A stretch of 61,239 nucleotides of DNA from NCBI GenBank assembly GCA_902559415.1, contig CACEHW010000003.1, forward strand, positions 1 through 61,239, given 5' to 3'. Each line of letters opens with the position of its first letter. The stretch's first letter is position 1. Shown in pieces: positions 1-13,409 of the stretch. The notes below the pieces were generated by a model, which saw only the letters and a program-made list of their open reading frames with translations, searched no databases and was not told the DNA's origin. This DNA is from an uncultured Fidelibacterota bacterium. GTDB lineage: Bacteria; Fidelibacterota; Marinisomatia; Marinisomatales; UBA1611. The position numbers and the translations under genes were made by a program.

Positions 1-2
1 TT

Positions 3-1529
3 AGTAATAACTATAATAAAATTCCAATTTTAGATGAAATCACTATTACTGATATTCGTTCTGGGTACGAAAATAAAAAATTCTCCGTAAAAGATATTGT
101 ATCAGGATACCTTGAGAATATAAAAACTATCGATGAATCTGGTCCTGCGCTCAACTCAATAATTACTATTAATCCAGACGCATTAAATATTGCTGATTCT
201 TTAGATAATATTTTACAACTAGGAAAGTCAATAGGGCCATTATTTGGAATCCCAGTTTTATTAAAAGATAATATTAATACAAATGATAAAATGCCAACCA
301 CTGGAGGTAGCAGAATACTTAGAAATTCTTATCCTATTCATGATAGCTGGGTCGCAGAAAAATTAAGACAGGCAGGAGCAGTAATTCTTGGTAAAACCAA
401 TCTTAGTGAATGGGCGAATTATAGAGCATCGTTCTCTAGTAGTGGATGGAGCGGAATAGGTGGGCAAACAAAAAATCCTTATGTTTTAGATCGAAACCCT
501 TGTGGATCTAGCTCAGGTTCTGCAGTTGCAGTTTCTGCAAATTTATGTGCCGTAGCAATCGGAACTGAGACATGGGGCTCTATTATGTGCCCATCAAATG
601 CAAATGGTATTGTCGGAATAAAGCCTACTGTAGGTTTATGGAGTCGGTCTGGGATTATCCCAATAAGCTATACTCAAGATACAGCAGGGCCTATGACAAG
701 AACAGTTAAAGATGCAGCTATACTGCTAGGAGCACTCATTGGAATCGATCCTAGTGATGATAAAACAAAAAGTAGTAAAAATAATTCCTACAAAGACTAC
801 ACTAAATTTTTAAACAAAAAGGGGCTGCAAGATAAAAGAATCGGATATGTAAAAACCATGAAAGGGAAAAATCATAGACTTGACATATTAATGGAGAAGA
901 CTATAAATGACCTTAAAAAAGGCGGGGCAGAGATAATTGAAATAGATAATATTTTCCAAAAAATTGAAAATAAAAAGTCAGCTGAAGAATACGCTATTGA
1001 AATAATGGCCCATGAATTTAAAGATGGATTAAAAAAATATTTTCAAGCATTAGGCCCTAATGCAACTGTTCTAGATCTTGAAGATGCTATAAATCAAACT
1101 CTGTTAGATAGTATCGAAATGATGTACTTTAATATTGATAGAATGAAAAATGCTCAATCAAAAGAAAGCTTATTAAAATCAGATTCCTATCAAGAAGCAA
1201 TAAAAGAGATGAAAATACTATCCGGAGAGCTAGGCATTGATAAAGTTATGAAAAAGCATAATTTGGATGCGTTTGTATCGCCAACTGGAAGCCCCGCATG
1301 GAAAACTGACCTTATAAATGGTGATAAGTACTATATCTCAACTACTGTTTTTGCTGCACTCTCTGGATATCCCAATATTAACGTTCCTATGGGCTTTATT
1401 GATAACGTCCCAGTTGGAGTATCATTCTTTGGAGCAAAATGGAGTGAGCCGATATTAATTGAGATCGCCTACTCGTATGAACAACAAACAAATCATAGAA
1501 GACCACCAAAATACATACCTACTGATTAA
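3..1529 (+). CDS. Amidase signature family protein (5' truncated by window edge)
   Basis: The frame is open from base 3 (SNNYNKIPILDEITITDIR...GPLFGIPVLLKDNI) into the ORF-track protein. Motifs LLKDNI, LGKTNLSEWAN, GSSSGS and GTETWGSI match the Ser-cisSer-Lys amidase family. Confidence 0.9.
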   Translation, partial: SNNYNKIPILDEITITDIRSGYENKKFSVKDIVSGYLENIKTIDESGPALNSIITINPDALNIADSLDNILQLGKSIGPLFGIPVLLKDNINTNDKMPTTGGSRILRNSYPIHDSWVAEKLRQAGAVILGKTNLSEWANYRASFSSSGWSGIGGQTKNPYVLDRNPCGSSSGSAVAVSANLCAVAIGTETWGSIMCPSNANGIVGIKPTVGLWSRSGIIPISYTQDTAGPMTRTVKDAAILLGALIGIDPSDDKTKSSKNNSYKDYTKFLNKKGLQDKRIGYVKTMKGKNHRLDILMEKTINDLKKGGAEIIEIDNIFQKIENKKSAEEYAIEIMAHEFKDGLKKYFQALGPNATVLDLEDAINQTLLDSIEMMYFNIDRMKNAQSKESLLKSDSYQEAIKEMKILSGELGIDKVMKKHNLDAFVSPTGSPAWKTDLINGDKYYISTTVFAALSGYPNINVPMGFIDNVPVGVSFFGAKWSEPILIEIAYSYEQQTNHRRPPKYIPTD

Positions 1530-1550
1530 TATATTTTTAAGTTACGGACT

Positions 1551-2243
1551 CTATGTTGTTGATTTCATAAAATAGTTCTGAATTGAAATAAATAGCAACA
1601 CTAAAACCACTGAAAAAACCTGTACCATTACAATGTAAGTTGGCCATTCACCCATTAAAAAAGGGCTAATAGAGTTTGGAATTACGCGTAAAAACATATA
1701 ATTACTATCTAATATAAAATTTATTAAAGTTATCATCCCAACTATAATATTTGTATACAAAACTACTTGAAAAATCGATTTATATTCCATCCGCATATCG
1801 TATTTAACCATCATCCATAAAACAGCAAATATCAACGCAGCGTGATACCCTTGACTATAAAAGAAAAATATCCTCAATTCAAACAAATCACCATCAGGTG
1901 TCAAAATAGCATTTGTAGCCCCCACAAAACCCCAATAAAAAATCAAATTAAAAATTGTTTGATTTCGATATACCAAATTATATGCAGCTAAATAAACACC
2001 TATGCTACAAAGTTGTAAAGGTAAATCTTTTGTGATGGAATAATAACCGGTGAAAACTCTAACAATATCCTCGGAAATATCCAAAAATATCATCAAAATA
2101 GATAAAACAATTAAAAAAGTTTTGCTATCATCTTTTATCCCAATTTTTTCATTATACTTTAAGAGTGTAATGAATAAAAAAATAATTACAATTAAAGAAA
2201 TAATATGATCTAAACTAAAAACTTCAAATATATAAGGTTGCAT
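1551..2243 (-). CDS. YwaF/TMEM164-family integral membrane protein
   Basis: Multi-TM protein with LPLQLC, A-I-L-T-P-D, NYMFL and GEWPTY motifs typical of this family. Confidence 0.75.
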   Translation of the reverse strand: MQPYIFEVFSLDHIISLIVIIFLFITLLKYNEKIGIKDDSKTFLIVLSILMIFLDISEDIVRVFTGYYSITKDLPLQLCSIGVYLAAYNLVYRNQTIFNLIFYWGFVGATNAILTPDGDLFELRIFFFYSQGYHAALIFAVLWMMVKYDMRMEYKSIFQVVLYTNIIVGMITLINFILDSNYMFLRVIPNSISPFLMGEWPTYIVMVQVFSVVLVLLFISIQNYFMKSTT

Positions 2244-2403
2244 TATAAATAATAATTATTCAACATTTTGAAAATCTAAGGCTTAAATTTAAAATGAAAT
2301 ACTATCAGAAGGTTTGTCTTTATGAGTCATAATAGTCTTCTTTTCACTATCAATAAAAAAATGTAAAACATTTAACTGATCTTCAAAAGAAGAGAATAAT
2401 AAC

Positions 2404-5400
2404 CTAATTAGAATGATACTCTTGAATTGATTTTACTTTAATTTTATTTCTTGTCCTTATAGCATGTAATACTGCTTCAGCAGCTGAAATAGTTGTAATT
2501 GCCATAATCCCTTTTTGAATGCAAGCCTTACCTATTGCTTCTTCATCATACCTAGATTGTTCACCTAAAGGAGTATTTACAACAAGATTTATTTTATTAT
2601 TTTTTATATGATCAACAATATTTGGTCTGCCTTCCCCCACTTTATAAACTGTATTAGTTGGAATACCATTTTTCTTTAATTCTTTAGATGTTCCCTCTGT
2701 TGCAATTATCTTAAAACCAAGCTCTTTAAAAGCTCTAGCAATAGAAATTATTTTAAATTTATCTTCATCTATAACAGAAATAAAAATTTCACCTTCTCCA
2801 GGCAATTCTATCCCAGCACTTAATGTTGCTTTATAAAAAGACAGGCCAAAAGTATCAGAAATACCCATAACTTCGCCAGTAGATTTCATCTCTGGACTTA
2901 AAAAAATAGATTCTGCTGGAAACTTATTAAATGGAAGCACTGCTTCTTTTATCGCGATATGATTAATAGTGTCCCATCGAGGTAAATCATATTCTTTCAA
3001 TTTTTTCCCAACAGATAATTGAGATGCAATCTTTGCCAATGAAACATTTGTAGATTTACTTACAAATGGTACTGTCCTACTTGCTCTAGGATTTACCTCT
3101 AAAACAAATAAATTATCATCTTTATATGCAAATTGTATATTAATTAACCCAACCACATTTAATTCTATAGCTAGTAAAACTGTAATCTTTTCAATCTCTA
3201 TTATTGTTTTCGATTTAATCTGATATGGAGGTAAAACACATGCAGAATCACCTGAATGAATCCCCGCTTCTTCAATATGTTGCATTATTGCGCCAATATG
3301 AACCTCTTCTCCATCACAAAGCGCATCAACATCAAACTCAAAAGCATTTTCAAGAAATTGGTCTATTAATATAGGGTGCCCGCTAGTAACATCTGCAGAC
3401 CTAGATATATAATCAATTAGTTGATCCTGTGAATAAACAATTTCCATTGCCCTCCCTCCTAATACATAGCTAGGCCTAGCTAAAACTGGATACCCAATCC
3501 TATCAGCAACAGATACTACCTCTTCCAAACTTTTACCAGTCCCATAAGTTGGACAAGAAATATTTAGTTTGTTTAAAATCATACCAAACTTCTCTCTGTC
3601 TTCTGCTACGTCAATATTTATCGGTGAAGTCCCTATAATTGGTGCACCAGCATTTGATAATTGATTAGATATTTTTAATGGAGTTTGCCCACCAAACTGG
3701 ACCAAAACTCCATCAGGCTTTTCAAAATCAATTATGCTCATAACATCTTCAAATGTAACTGGCTCAAAGTATAAACGATCTACTAAATCAAAATCTGTAC
3801 TTACTGTTTCAGGATTGCAATTAACCATTATTGTCTTATAACCTAATTCTCTTAGGCCGAAAACAGCCTGCACACAACAATAATCAAATTCTATCCCCTG
3901 TCCAATTCTATTCGGCCCTCCTCCTAAAATAATGACCTTCTTACCCTCAATGGGCTTTATTTCATTTTCATGATCGTAAGTTGAATAACAATATGGTGTT
4001 TTTGCTTTGAATTCTGCTGAGCATGTATCTACTAATTTATAGGATGGTAAAATTTTCTTTTTAATTCTCATACTTCGAACTTTATCAACAGAAATTTGAG
4101 TGCTCCTTGCTATTTGGAAATCAGAAAACCCATTCTCTTTCAATTCTAAAAGTGGAACATCATATTTTTGGCTGCAAAGCATTTTAATTTGATTCAAGAA
4201 CCACATATCAATTTTGGTTATCTGATAAACTTCTTCGATTGTTTTACCTGACAAAAATGCCTCTCTAATTTTTAATAATCTAAAAGATGTAGCGAAACGA
4301 AGGCTCGTTAAATCAAAAGCCCTTGCTCTTATTAAATCTGGATCATCTTCAAAAGCCCACTTTGGCTCTAACCCATCCAAGCCCACCTCCAAAGAACGAA
4401 AGGCTTTCTGAATTGATTCTCTGAATGTTCTCCCAATTGCCATAACTTCCCCAACACTTTGCATTTGTACTCCAAGGTGTCCGGAAGCTGAAGGAAATTT
4501 TTCAAAATCAAATCTTGGCACTTTAGTAACAATATAATCTATAGTCGGCTCAAAAGCAGCCAATGTTTCTCCTGTAATATCATTTGGGAGCTCATCTAAA
4601 GTATATCCAATCGCAAGCTTAGCAGCAATTTTTGCAATTGGAAAGCCAGTGGCTTTTGAAGCTAGTGCAGAAGATCTGCTCACCCTTGGGTTCATCTCAA
4701 TTATTATCATCCTACCACTATCTGGGTCTACTGCAAACTGTACATTTGAGCCTCCAGTCTCTACCCCAATTGTTTGTAAACACTTTATAGCCCAATTACG
4801 CATCTTCTGATATTCTTTATCTGACAAAGTCATCGCTGGAGCTACTGTAATTGAATCACCAGTATGGACCCCCATTGGATCAATATTTTCAATAGAACAT
4901 ATAATTATTACATTATCAGATTTATCTCTGACAACTTCTAATTCATATTCTTTCCAGCCAATTAAAGATTCCTCAATTAAGATCTCACTAATAGGGCTAG
5001 AAGATATACCATTTTCTACAAGGCCTTGAAACTCTTCAAAATTATAAGCAACTGAACCACCTGTCCCCCCTAGAGTGAAGGATGGTCTTATAATAACCGG
5101 GAAATTAATTTCATCTAACAAATTCTTAGCTTCTTCCCAGGAATAAACAAAATTACCTTTTGCCGTATCAATGGATACCTGATCCATTGCTTTTTTAAAT
5201 TTCTCTCTATCTTCAGCTTTTTCTATTGAATTAATCTGCGCACCTAAAAGCTCAACATTATATTTCTCTAGAACACCTTCTTTATAAAGTTCAATCGCTT
5301 GATTTAATGCTGTTTGCCCACCAACTGTTGGTAAAATCGCATCAGGTTTTTCTTTTTTTATTATTTCAGTAACATATTCAAGAGTAATAGGCTCGATGTA

Positions 5401-5592
5401 AGTTCTATCAGCAATATCTGGGTCAGTCATGATTGTTGCGGGATTAGAGTTAACTAAAATGATTCTGTAACCCTCCTCCTTAAGAGCTTTAGCTGCTTGA
5501 GTACCTGAATAATCAAACTCACATGCCTGCCCAATAATTATTGGCCCTGCACCAATAATTAATATTGAATTAATATCAGTTCTTTTAGGCAT
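2404..5592 (-). CDS. carB: Carbamoyl-phosphate synthase large subunit
   Basis: Starts [28 protein letters not shown]; duplicated ATP-grasp halves; C-terminal MGS domain; 1062 aa. Confidence 0.99.
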   Translation of the reverse strand: MPKRTDINSILIIGAGPIIIGQACEFDYSGTQAAKALKEEGYRIILVNSNPATIMTDPDIADRTYIEPITLEYVTEIIKKEKPDAILPTVGGQTALNQAIELYKEGVLEKYNVELLGAQINSIEKAEDREKFKKAMDQVSIDTAKGNFVYSWEEAKNLLDEINFPVIIRPSFTLGGTGGSVAYNFEEFQGLVENGISSSPISEILIEESLIGWKEYELEVVRDKSDNVIIICSIENIDPMGVHTGDSITVAPAMTLSDKEYQKMRNWAIKCLQTIGVETGGSNVQFAVDPDSGRMIIIEMNPRVSRSSALASKATGFPIAKIAAKLAIGYTLDELPNDITGETLAAFEPTIDYIVTKVPRFDFEKFPSASGHLGVQMQSVGEVMAIGRTFRESIQKAFRSLEVGLDGLEPKWAFEDDPDLIRARAFDLTSLRFATSFRLLKIREAFLSGKTIEEVYQITKIDMWFLNQIKMLCSQKYDVPLLELKENGFSDFQIARSTQISVDKVRSMRIKKKILPSYKLVDTCSAEFKAKTPYCYSTYDHENEIKPIEGKKVIILGGGPNRIGQGIEFDYCCVQAVFGLRELGYKTIMVNCNPETVSTDFDLVDRLYFEPVTFEDVMSIIDFEKPDGVLVQFGGQTPLKISNQLSNAGAPIIGTSPINIDVAEDREKFGMILNKLNISCPTYGTGKSLEEVVSVADRIGYPVLARPSYVLGGRAMEIVYSQDQLIDYISRSADVTSGHPILIDQFLENAFEFDVDALCDGEEVHIGAIMQHIEEAGIHSGDSACVLPPYQIKSKTIIEIEKITVLLAIELNVVGLINIQFAYKDDNLFVLEVNPRASRTVPFVSKSTNVSLAKIASQLSVGKKLKEYDLPRWDTINHIAIKEAVLPFNKFPAESIFLSPEMKSTGEVMGISDTFGLSFYKATLSAGIELPGEGEIFISVIDEDKFKIISIARAFKELGFKIIATEGTSKELKKNGIPTNTVYKVGEGRPNIVDHIKNNKINLVVNTPLGEQSRYDEEAIGKACIQKGIMAITTISAAEAVLHAIRTRNKIKVKSIQEYHSN

Positions 5593-6667
5593 TCATCATC
5601 TCAATAAATTTTTGGAACAAATACCTACTATCATGTGGCCCTGGACTAGATTCTGGGTGGTATTGAACAGAAAAAGCAAAATTATCAATACTTTCAATAC
5701 CAGCATTTGTATTATCATTTAGATTGACATGTGTTTCTCTAATATTGTTTGGTAGGCTTTTATTATCCACAGCAAATCCATGATTCTGACTCGTAATCTC
5801 AACCGCATTTGTAATTAAGTTTTTCACAGGATGATTTATCCCGCGATGACCAAATTTCAACTTAAAGGTTTTTGCACCAAGAGAAAGAGCTAAAATTTGA
5901 TGGCCAAGACAAATACCAAACATTGGCTTCTTTCCTAGGATTTCTTTTACAGTTGTAATTGCATAACTAACGGCAGCAGGATCACCTGGCCCATTAGATA
6001 AAAAAATACCATCAGGACTAATCCCTAGAATTTCTTTTGAACTAGTATTCGCAGGAAAAACAGAAACTTTACAGTTAAGCTTTTTTAAAATTTTTAAGAT
6101 GTTCCTCTTAACTCCAAAATCAAGAACTGCTACTTTATATTTACCTTGCTCAGAAAATTTATACATCTCTCTAGTAGAAACAACTTTTGCTAAATCTTGC
6201 CCAGCCATAGATGGATGATTAATCAACTCTCTTCTAAGTAATCCATCGTCAATACTATCTGAAGAGATAATACCATTCATCGCTCCGTGATTTCTAAGGT
6301 GAATTGTTAAAGATCGAGTATCAATATTTTTTATACCAACAATATTTTCATTTATCAGATAATCACCTATCGAAAATTGAGATCTCCAATTAGATGGGAC
6401 AATTGACTCCTCTTTAATTACAAAACCTGAGGCCTGAATTTTACTTGATTCAATATCCTCAGAATTAACACCATAATTCCCAATGTGAGGGGCTGTCATA
6501 GTGACTATTTGTTTTGCATAAGAAGGATCTGTTAGTATTTCTTGATAACCGGTAATGCCTGTATTAAAGCAAACTTCCCCTAAAGTTTTCCCAATAGCGC
6601 CAAATGATTTACCACTAAACGTAGTGCCATCTTCAAGCATTAAAATTGCAGGCCTATTTTCTGACAT
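5585..6667 (-). CDS. carA: Carbamoyl-phosphate synthase small subunit
   Basis: [45 protein letters not shown] at 6667 preferred over TTG at 6673. Confidence 0.98.
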   Translation of the reverse strand: MSENRPAILMLEDGTTFSGKSFGAIGKTLGEVCFNTGITGYQEILTDPSYAKQIVTMTAPHIGNYGVNSEDIESSKIQASGFVIKEESIVPSNWRSQFSIGDYLINENIVGIKNIDTRSLTIHLRNHGAMNGIISSDSIDDGLLRRELINHPSMAGQDLAKVVSTREMYKFSEQGKYKVAVLDFGVKRNILKILKKLNCKVSVFPANTSSKEILGISPDGIFLSNGPGDPAAVSYAITTVKEILGKKPMFGICLGHQILALSLGAKTFKLKFGHRGINHPVKNLITNAVEITSQNHGFAVDNKSLPNNIRETHVNLNDNTNAGIESIDNFAFSVQYHPESSPGPHDSRYLFQKFIEMMNA

Positions 6668-6693
6668 ATACAATAAATATTTTTAAAATGGAT

Positions 6694-6727
6694 AAAAAAA
6701 ACGGCCACTCAAAAATGAATGACCGTT
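6694..6727 (-). terminator. Intrinsic terminator or attenuator hairpin upstream of carA
   Basis: Minus strand reads AACGGTCATTCA-TTTT-TGAGTGGCCGTT followed by a T run. Confidence 0.85.
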
Positions 6728-6777
6728 CAAATATGAACCTAAAAGATTATCAACTTGTAAAAATAAAATTCCTCCAT

Positions 6778-7653
6778 TTATTGTAATAAAAGCATAACTC
6801 TACAATTTGATAATACACCAAAACTTTTCTCTGCATCCCTAACCTTCGCAGCATCCATACTAGTAATATAAACATCATCGTCAAGTGACCCAACTGCTTC
6901 GACAAATAAAGGATTAGTCCCTACACGCTGACTGACATTCCTGTCATTCATAGAATAAGCATAACCAACTGGACCACGGTTTACTGCTTTTGAACGTGAG
7001 TAACTTGTTGTACCATAAACTAAGTTCCCTTGCATATCGATTACTTCAGGACTCATAGAGGGGTCAACAGCATGCTCCCGAGCATCAATAACAATTCCAG
7101 AGATTCGCTGACTTTTTGGGATAGCAGCGCTGGTCATTAAATATGCTGGATTCATACTATCTGATTTATAACCATCAATATCAGTAAGTATTTCTGATAG
7201 ACCAGACATTTTAACAGCTAGAGCAATTGCAACTTTTTCACCTTCTAAGTATTCTATCTCTCCTTGCTGATATGCACTACCAATTAAACCCTCTAACCTA
7301 CTCCCAATTAGGGGTTCATTCTCCATTAATTCACCTACCAACCGACCATCAAAATTAACCTTTTTCATTAATTCAATTAAATTAGATCGAGCAATTGTTC
7401 TCGCTTCCGCTTTTGCAATCTTAAGATTTTTTTCTACAATTTTTAATGAATTATCAATGGGGGTTTTTTCTTCAATTTCAGCAGTCCCCCTACAAACAAT
7501 TATTCTATTTGAATAATCAATAAAACCCTCATCTGTATTAACAATAAATGAATGCTGATTAAATTTTTGAGAATAAGAGAAGGAAATGAAAAACAGGGAG
7601 ACAATAAAAAAGTATCGAAATAAGTTCTTTGCCATATCAAAAAATAACATCAA
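6778..7653 (-). CDS. Secreted LPP20-like protein
   Basis: N-terminal signal-like hydrophobic stretch; A..EAR..AR.NL.E helix; C-terminal GIVIDAR...PSMSPEVID..GNLVYG domain. True start may be 7635. Confidence 0.6.
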   Translation of the reverse strand: MMLFFDMAKNLFRYFFIVSLFFISFSYSQKFNQHSFIVNTDEGFIDYSNRIIVCRGTAEIEEKTPIDNSLKIVEKNLKIAKAEARTIARSNLIELMKKVNFDGRLVGELMENEPLIGSRLEGLIGSAYQQGEIEYLEGEKVAIALAVKMSGLSEILTDIDGYKSDSMNPAYLMTSAAIPKSQRISGIVIDAREHAVDPSMSPEVIDMQGNLVYGTTSYSRSKAVNRGPVGYAYSMNDRNVSQRVGTNPLFVEAVGSLDDDVYITSMDAAKVRDAEKSFGVLSNCRVMLLLQ

Positions 7654-7711
7654 TTATATCATAGGCGCAACTCCCCATAACAATAATTACATTGTAAATT
7701 AAGTATGTAAA

Positions 7712-8659
7712 TTGAAAATAAAATTTTCCATATTAGCATTACTTCTTTTAATAAACATCTCATGCGTTGAGAATGTAATTACTATCCAAATATTCCCTGA
7801 TGGGCAAACTCATCTAAAAATTGTAAGTATTGGAGATTCAACTGATATTGTGGATCAAGATTTTGAACATCCATTTTATGATGATAATAATAGCTCTTAT
7901 GAAATATATAAAACTGACAGTATCTGGAAGGCTGTTACAAACATAGTTATAAAAGATTCTTCATTTAATTTTAAGCCTAGAAATGGCCTAGCCTTTAATT
8001 TCAACCTTAATCATTCTAATAAGGCTATTTCAAATATTTATTCATTTCAGATGAATATTAAAGGCAGAAATATAAAAAGTGAATACCCCCTTTTATATAA
8101 TGCAATGACCAGTCATAAAATTGATAGTCTTATCTGGCTACCCGAAGCTTTAACTATAATTATTGATAAAGCACTTAGTGATCTTGAGAAGAATATGATT
8201 TCTGATAATATTAAAATTGAACGACCTAGGCTGGTTAACCATTTTAAAAATTCATTCTCAAGAGTCTCAACATTTGAGATGTTAGAAGAAATTCAAAAAA
8301 ATAGAGATATTTATATTCGAAATACATTAAAACCTTTTAAAGTAAGTCAAAAATTTTCAGATAATTTATCAAGAGCAATGAAGGCACATGAAGATCGACT
8401 AAAAGCATCTCTAGGATTACAAGATGATAACTTTGTAATCAAATTATTACTTCCAGGTGAACCAATTTCTGGTAATGCTATGTCAATGGATAAAGATACA
8501 TTAATATGGAAATTTGGAATAGATTCTCTACTAAATGAGAATTATGATTTGCATGCTGCTTCTGTAATAACCTCAAAAGAAAAAATTCAAAAAAATTCAA
8601 TACTTGTAATTTTTGCGTTATTAATGATTAGTATAATATTACTAAATAGAAGAAGATGA
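7712..8659 (+). CDS. Hypothetical lipoprotein with C-terminal TM anchor
   Basis: Lipobox-like LLLINISC; C-terminal hydrophobic helix followed by RRR; TTG start. Confidence 0.6.
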   Translation: MKIKFSILALLLLINISCVENVITIQIFPDGQTHLKIVSIGDSTDIVDQDFEHPFYDDNNSSYEIYKTDSIWKAVTNIVIKDSSFNFKPRNGLAFNFNLNHSNKAISNIYSFQMNIKGRNIKSEYPLLYNAMTSHKIDSLIWLPEALTIIIDKALSDLEKNMISDNIKIERPRLVNHFKNSFSRVSTFEMLEEIQKNRDIYIRNTLKPFKVSQKFSDNLSRAMKAHEDRLKASLGLQDDNFVIKLLLPGEPISGNAMSMDKDTLIWKFGIDSLLNENYDLHAASVITSKEKIQKNSILVIFALLMISIILLNRRR

Positions 8660-9120
8660 GAATGATATTTATCTATATACTAATGATATTACTTTTTGTG
8701 GATATAGGAAATTCAAAACCTATTTACGATGCAACCCAATTACGTTCAATCCTAAATAGTTATTGTAGAATGATACCAGAATTTCCTGAAATCCTTGGTA
8801 TACACATATATGATAATAAAGAAGGTAAAGTATTACAACTCGAACTTGAATCAATGGATAAAAAACCTGAATTCATTATATTAGCAATGAATTCAATGGC
8901 AAAAATTGGTCAATATTCGAAGACTCCCATTAATAGCTTCATTATTATTAATCATACCTCCGATGCACCAGATAGTTATGAAAGTAATGCGGATTGTGCT
9001 ATTAGATATTTTATAAAAAAAGAAATAACCAAAAGAAATTGGATGAAAGACTGTTTAAGTAATAGTATTACGCAGAAAAAAATAGAGAATTGGTCGGAAC
9101 TTAATCTAAAGAAAAAATAA
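8656..9120 (+). CDS. Hypothetical exported protein
   Basis: Signal-peptide-like N-terminus; ATGA overlap with the upstream gene. Confidence 0.6.
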   Translation: MRMIFIYILMILLFVDIGNSKPIYDATQLRSILNSYCRMIPEFPEILGIHIYDNKEGKVLQLELESMDKKPEFIILAMNSMAKIGQYSKTPINSFIIINHTSDAPDSYESNADCAIRYFIKKEITKRNWMKDCLSNSITQKKIENWSELNLKKK

Positions 9121-9631
9121 TGAAACCATTTATTAATTCGCTAGCAGCATTCACTAATGAAGATTTTCCTGTGGATGAAATTTCTTCGTTAATTCAAAAC
9201 TCTCAATTTTCAGAAGAAAATATTAAACAGTATTCTTATTTCAGTAAAGATTGTTATACCAGAAATAAGATATATAGAGATAAAAATTTTGAGGTCCTTT
9301 TACTTTGCTGGCTCCCAGGACAAATGGCTCCTATACATGGGCATGAAGGAGAAAAATGCTGGTTCAAAATAATTAAAGGTAATTTGCAAATAAATAACTA
9401 TTCAATTATTTCAGAAAGTCCGCTAAAACTTAAATTTGAAAAAACAATTAATGCTTCAGTTGGTTATGTAGATGGGCCTGCAGATGTACACTCTATAAAA
9501 AACTGTAGTAATAGAAAAGTTGAGACACTGCACATATATACAAGGCCATATGATATTTGCGATATATATAATATCGAAGAAAAACGAATAGAAAGACTAA
9601 AAATGAGATACCACAGTATTGATGGTAAATT

Positions 9632-9638
<7 letters not shown>
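9120..9638 (+). CDS. Cysteine dioxygenase (type I) family protein
   Basis: YTRN, CWLPGQ.APIHGH, third His in VHSIKN, and LHIY cupin motifs. Confidence 0.88.
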
Positions 9639-12093
<2,455 letters not shown>

Positions 12094-12143
12094 TGATAAA
12101 AATAGTATGTTTAATACTACATTTAGATAAAAGGTAATTAAAT

Positions 12144-12461
12144 ATGAACATGATGAAAATTGAAGAAGTAGTTGGGGATGTAATTCTAATCGTATTAGAA
12201 AATCATGAGCCACTTCAAAAAATTGGTATTGAAAGTGATAAAATTTTTGCTAGAGTAAAAGGTTATGATGAACATGGAATATGGATATACCAGCCTCAAT
12301 TCAACATTCCAAAAATAAATTCAACAAAAAAAAATGTGACTCAAAAGATTGAGGCTTCGATTTTAATACCATGGGGTTTTATTGTTTCAATAGCTCACTT
12401 CCCCGGAGCTGAAGGCTTTGATTTCCCAAGTCCTTTTGATTCTAAAATAGGGTTTAAATAG
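12144..12461 (+). CDS. Hypothetical protein, possible Sm/LSm-like fold
   Basis: 105-aa ORF with a plausible RBS (AAGGT); pattern ARVKGYDEHGIWI...ILIPWGFIVSI. Confidence 0.6.
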   Translation: MNMMKIEEVVGDVILIVLENHEPLQKIGIESDKIFARVKGYDEHGIWIYQPQFNIPKINSTKKNVTQKIEASILIPWGFIVSIAHFPGAEGFDFPSPFDSKIGFK

Positions 12462-12467
12462 ATACCT

Positions 12468-13394
12468 ATGCAAGATATTGCAATCCAAATAAAGGATTTA
12501 AAAAAATCCTACAAAGAACTGCACGCCTTAAAAGGAGTAAATATAAATATTCCTAAAGGTGAGTTCTTTGGATTGCTTGGTCCAAATGGTGCAGGAAAGA
12601 CCACAACAATTAATATACTTACTGGACTAGTTTTCAAAAATAGTGGTAACTGTTTCGTTTTTGGTAAAGACACGGTAGATGATTACCGCTACACAAGATC
12701 TAAAATAGGAATTGCAGCTCAGGAATTATCTGTTGATTGGTTTTTTAGCATTGAAAAATTATTATTTTTCCAAGCTGGCTATTATGGAATAAATCGCACA
12801 GATGCTAAAAATAGAATTGAACAATTATTAAAAAAACTAGGTTTAGATAAAAAAAAGAATTCTAGACTACGTCAATTATCAGGAGGGATGAAAAGGCGTT
12901 TTCAAATCGCAAAAGCTCTAGTCCATGACCCTGAGATACTTATTCTTGACGAACCTACTGCGGGTGTAGATGTTGAACTAAGACATGAACTATGGGATTA
13001 TTTAAAAGAACTCCACAGTAATGGGAAAACAATTTTGTTAACTACTCATTATATAGAAGAAGCTGAATTACTTTGTGATAATGTGTCAATTATAGATGAA
13101 GGAAAAATTTTAAAAGAAGGGTCACCTAAAAAGCTAACTGAAGATTTAGGTAAGTCAGGCGTTACAGTTCAGCTAGCTCAAGGAATAGATGAATTAAAAA
13201 TACCAACTCTAGAAAAAAATTATTCTATTGAAAACTCTAGGATGCACTTTAGTGTAAAAAATCCAGAACTAGCTATACCACAAATAATACAAGAACTAAC
13301 TTCTGAAAATATAACAATTCATAGTATAAAAACAGAAACGTCTTCTTTAGAAGATGTGTTTTTAGAATTAACAGGAAAAAGTTTAAATGAATAA
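12468..13394 (+). CDS. ABC-2 transporter ATP-binding protein (YadG-like)
   Basis: GPNGAGKTT, LSGGMKRR, ILDEPTAGVD, TTHYIEEAE. Confidence 0.95.
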   Translation: MQDIAIQIKDLKKSYKELHALKGVNINIPKGEFFGLLGPNGAGKTTTINILTGLVFKNSGNCFVFGKDTVDDYRYTRSKIGIAAQELSVDWFFSIEKLLFFQAGYYGINRTDAKNRIEQLLKKLGLDKKKNSRLRQLSGGMKRRFQIAKALVHDPEILILDEPTAGVDVELRHELWDYLKELHSNGKTILLTTHYIEEAELLCDNVSIIDEGKILKEGSPKKLTEDLGKSGVTVQLAQGIDELKIPTLEKNYSIENSRMHFSVKNPELAIPQIIQELTSENITIHSIKTETSSLEDVFLELTGKSLNE

Positions 13395-13409
13395 AAAAAT
13401 AAAGCTATT

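Noticed and set aside
11-301. Short antisense or alternate-frame ORFs in the track (e.g. 11..301, 13562..13840, 19273..19632, 22057..22449, 30958..31233, 55755..56012)
   Set aside because: All lie within well-supported genes and show no motifs of their own.
2320-2332. Palindrome TTATGAGTCATAA upstream of the YwaF-like gene
   Set aside because: Short and AT-rich with no supporting second site, so plausibly chance.
5763-5771. DnaA box TTATCCACA
   Set aside because: Single copy inside carA; no origin context.
12099-12120. Similarity of AAAAATAGTATGTTTAATAC to the rho-leader sequence near 32706
   Set aside because: A short low-complexity match expected in AT-rich DNA.
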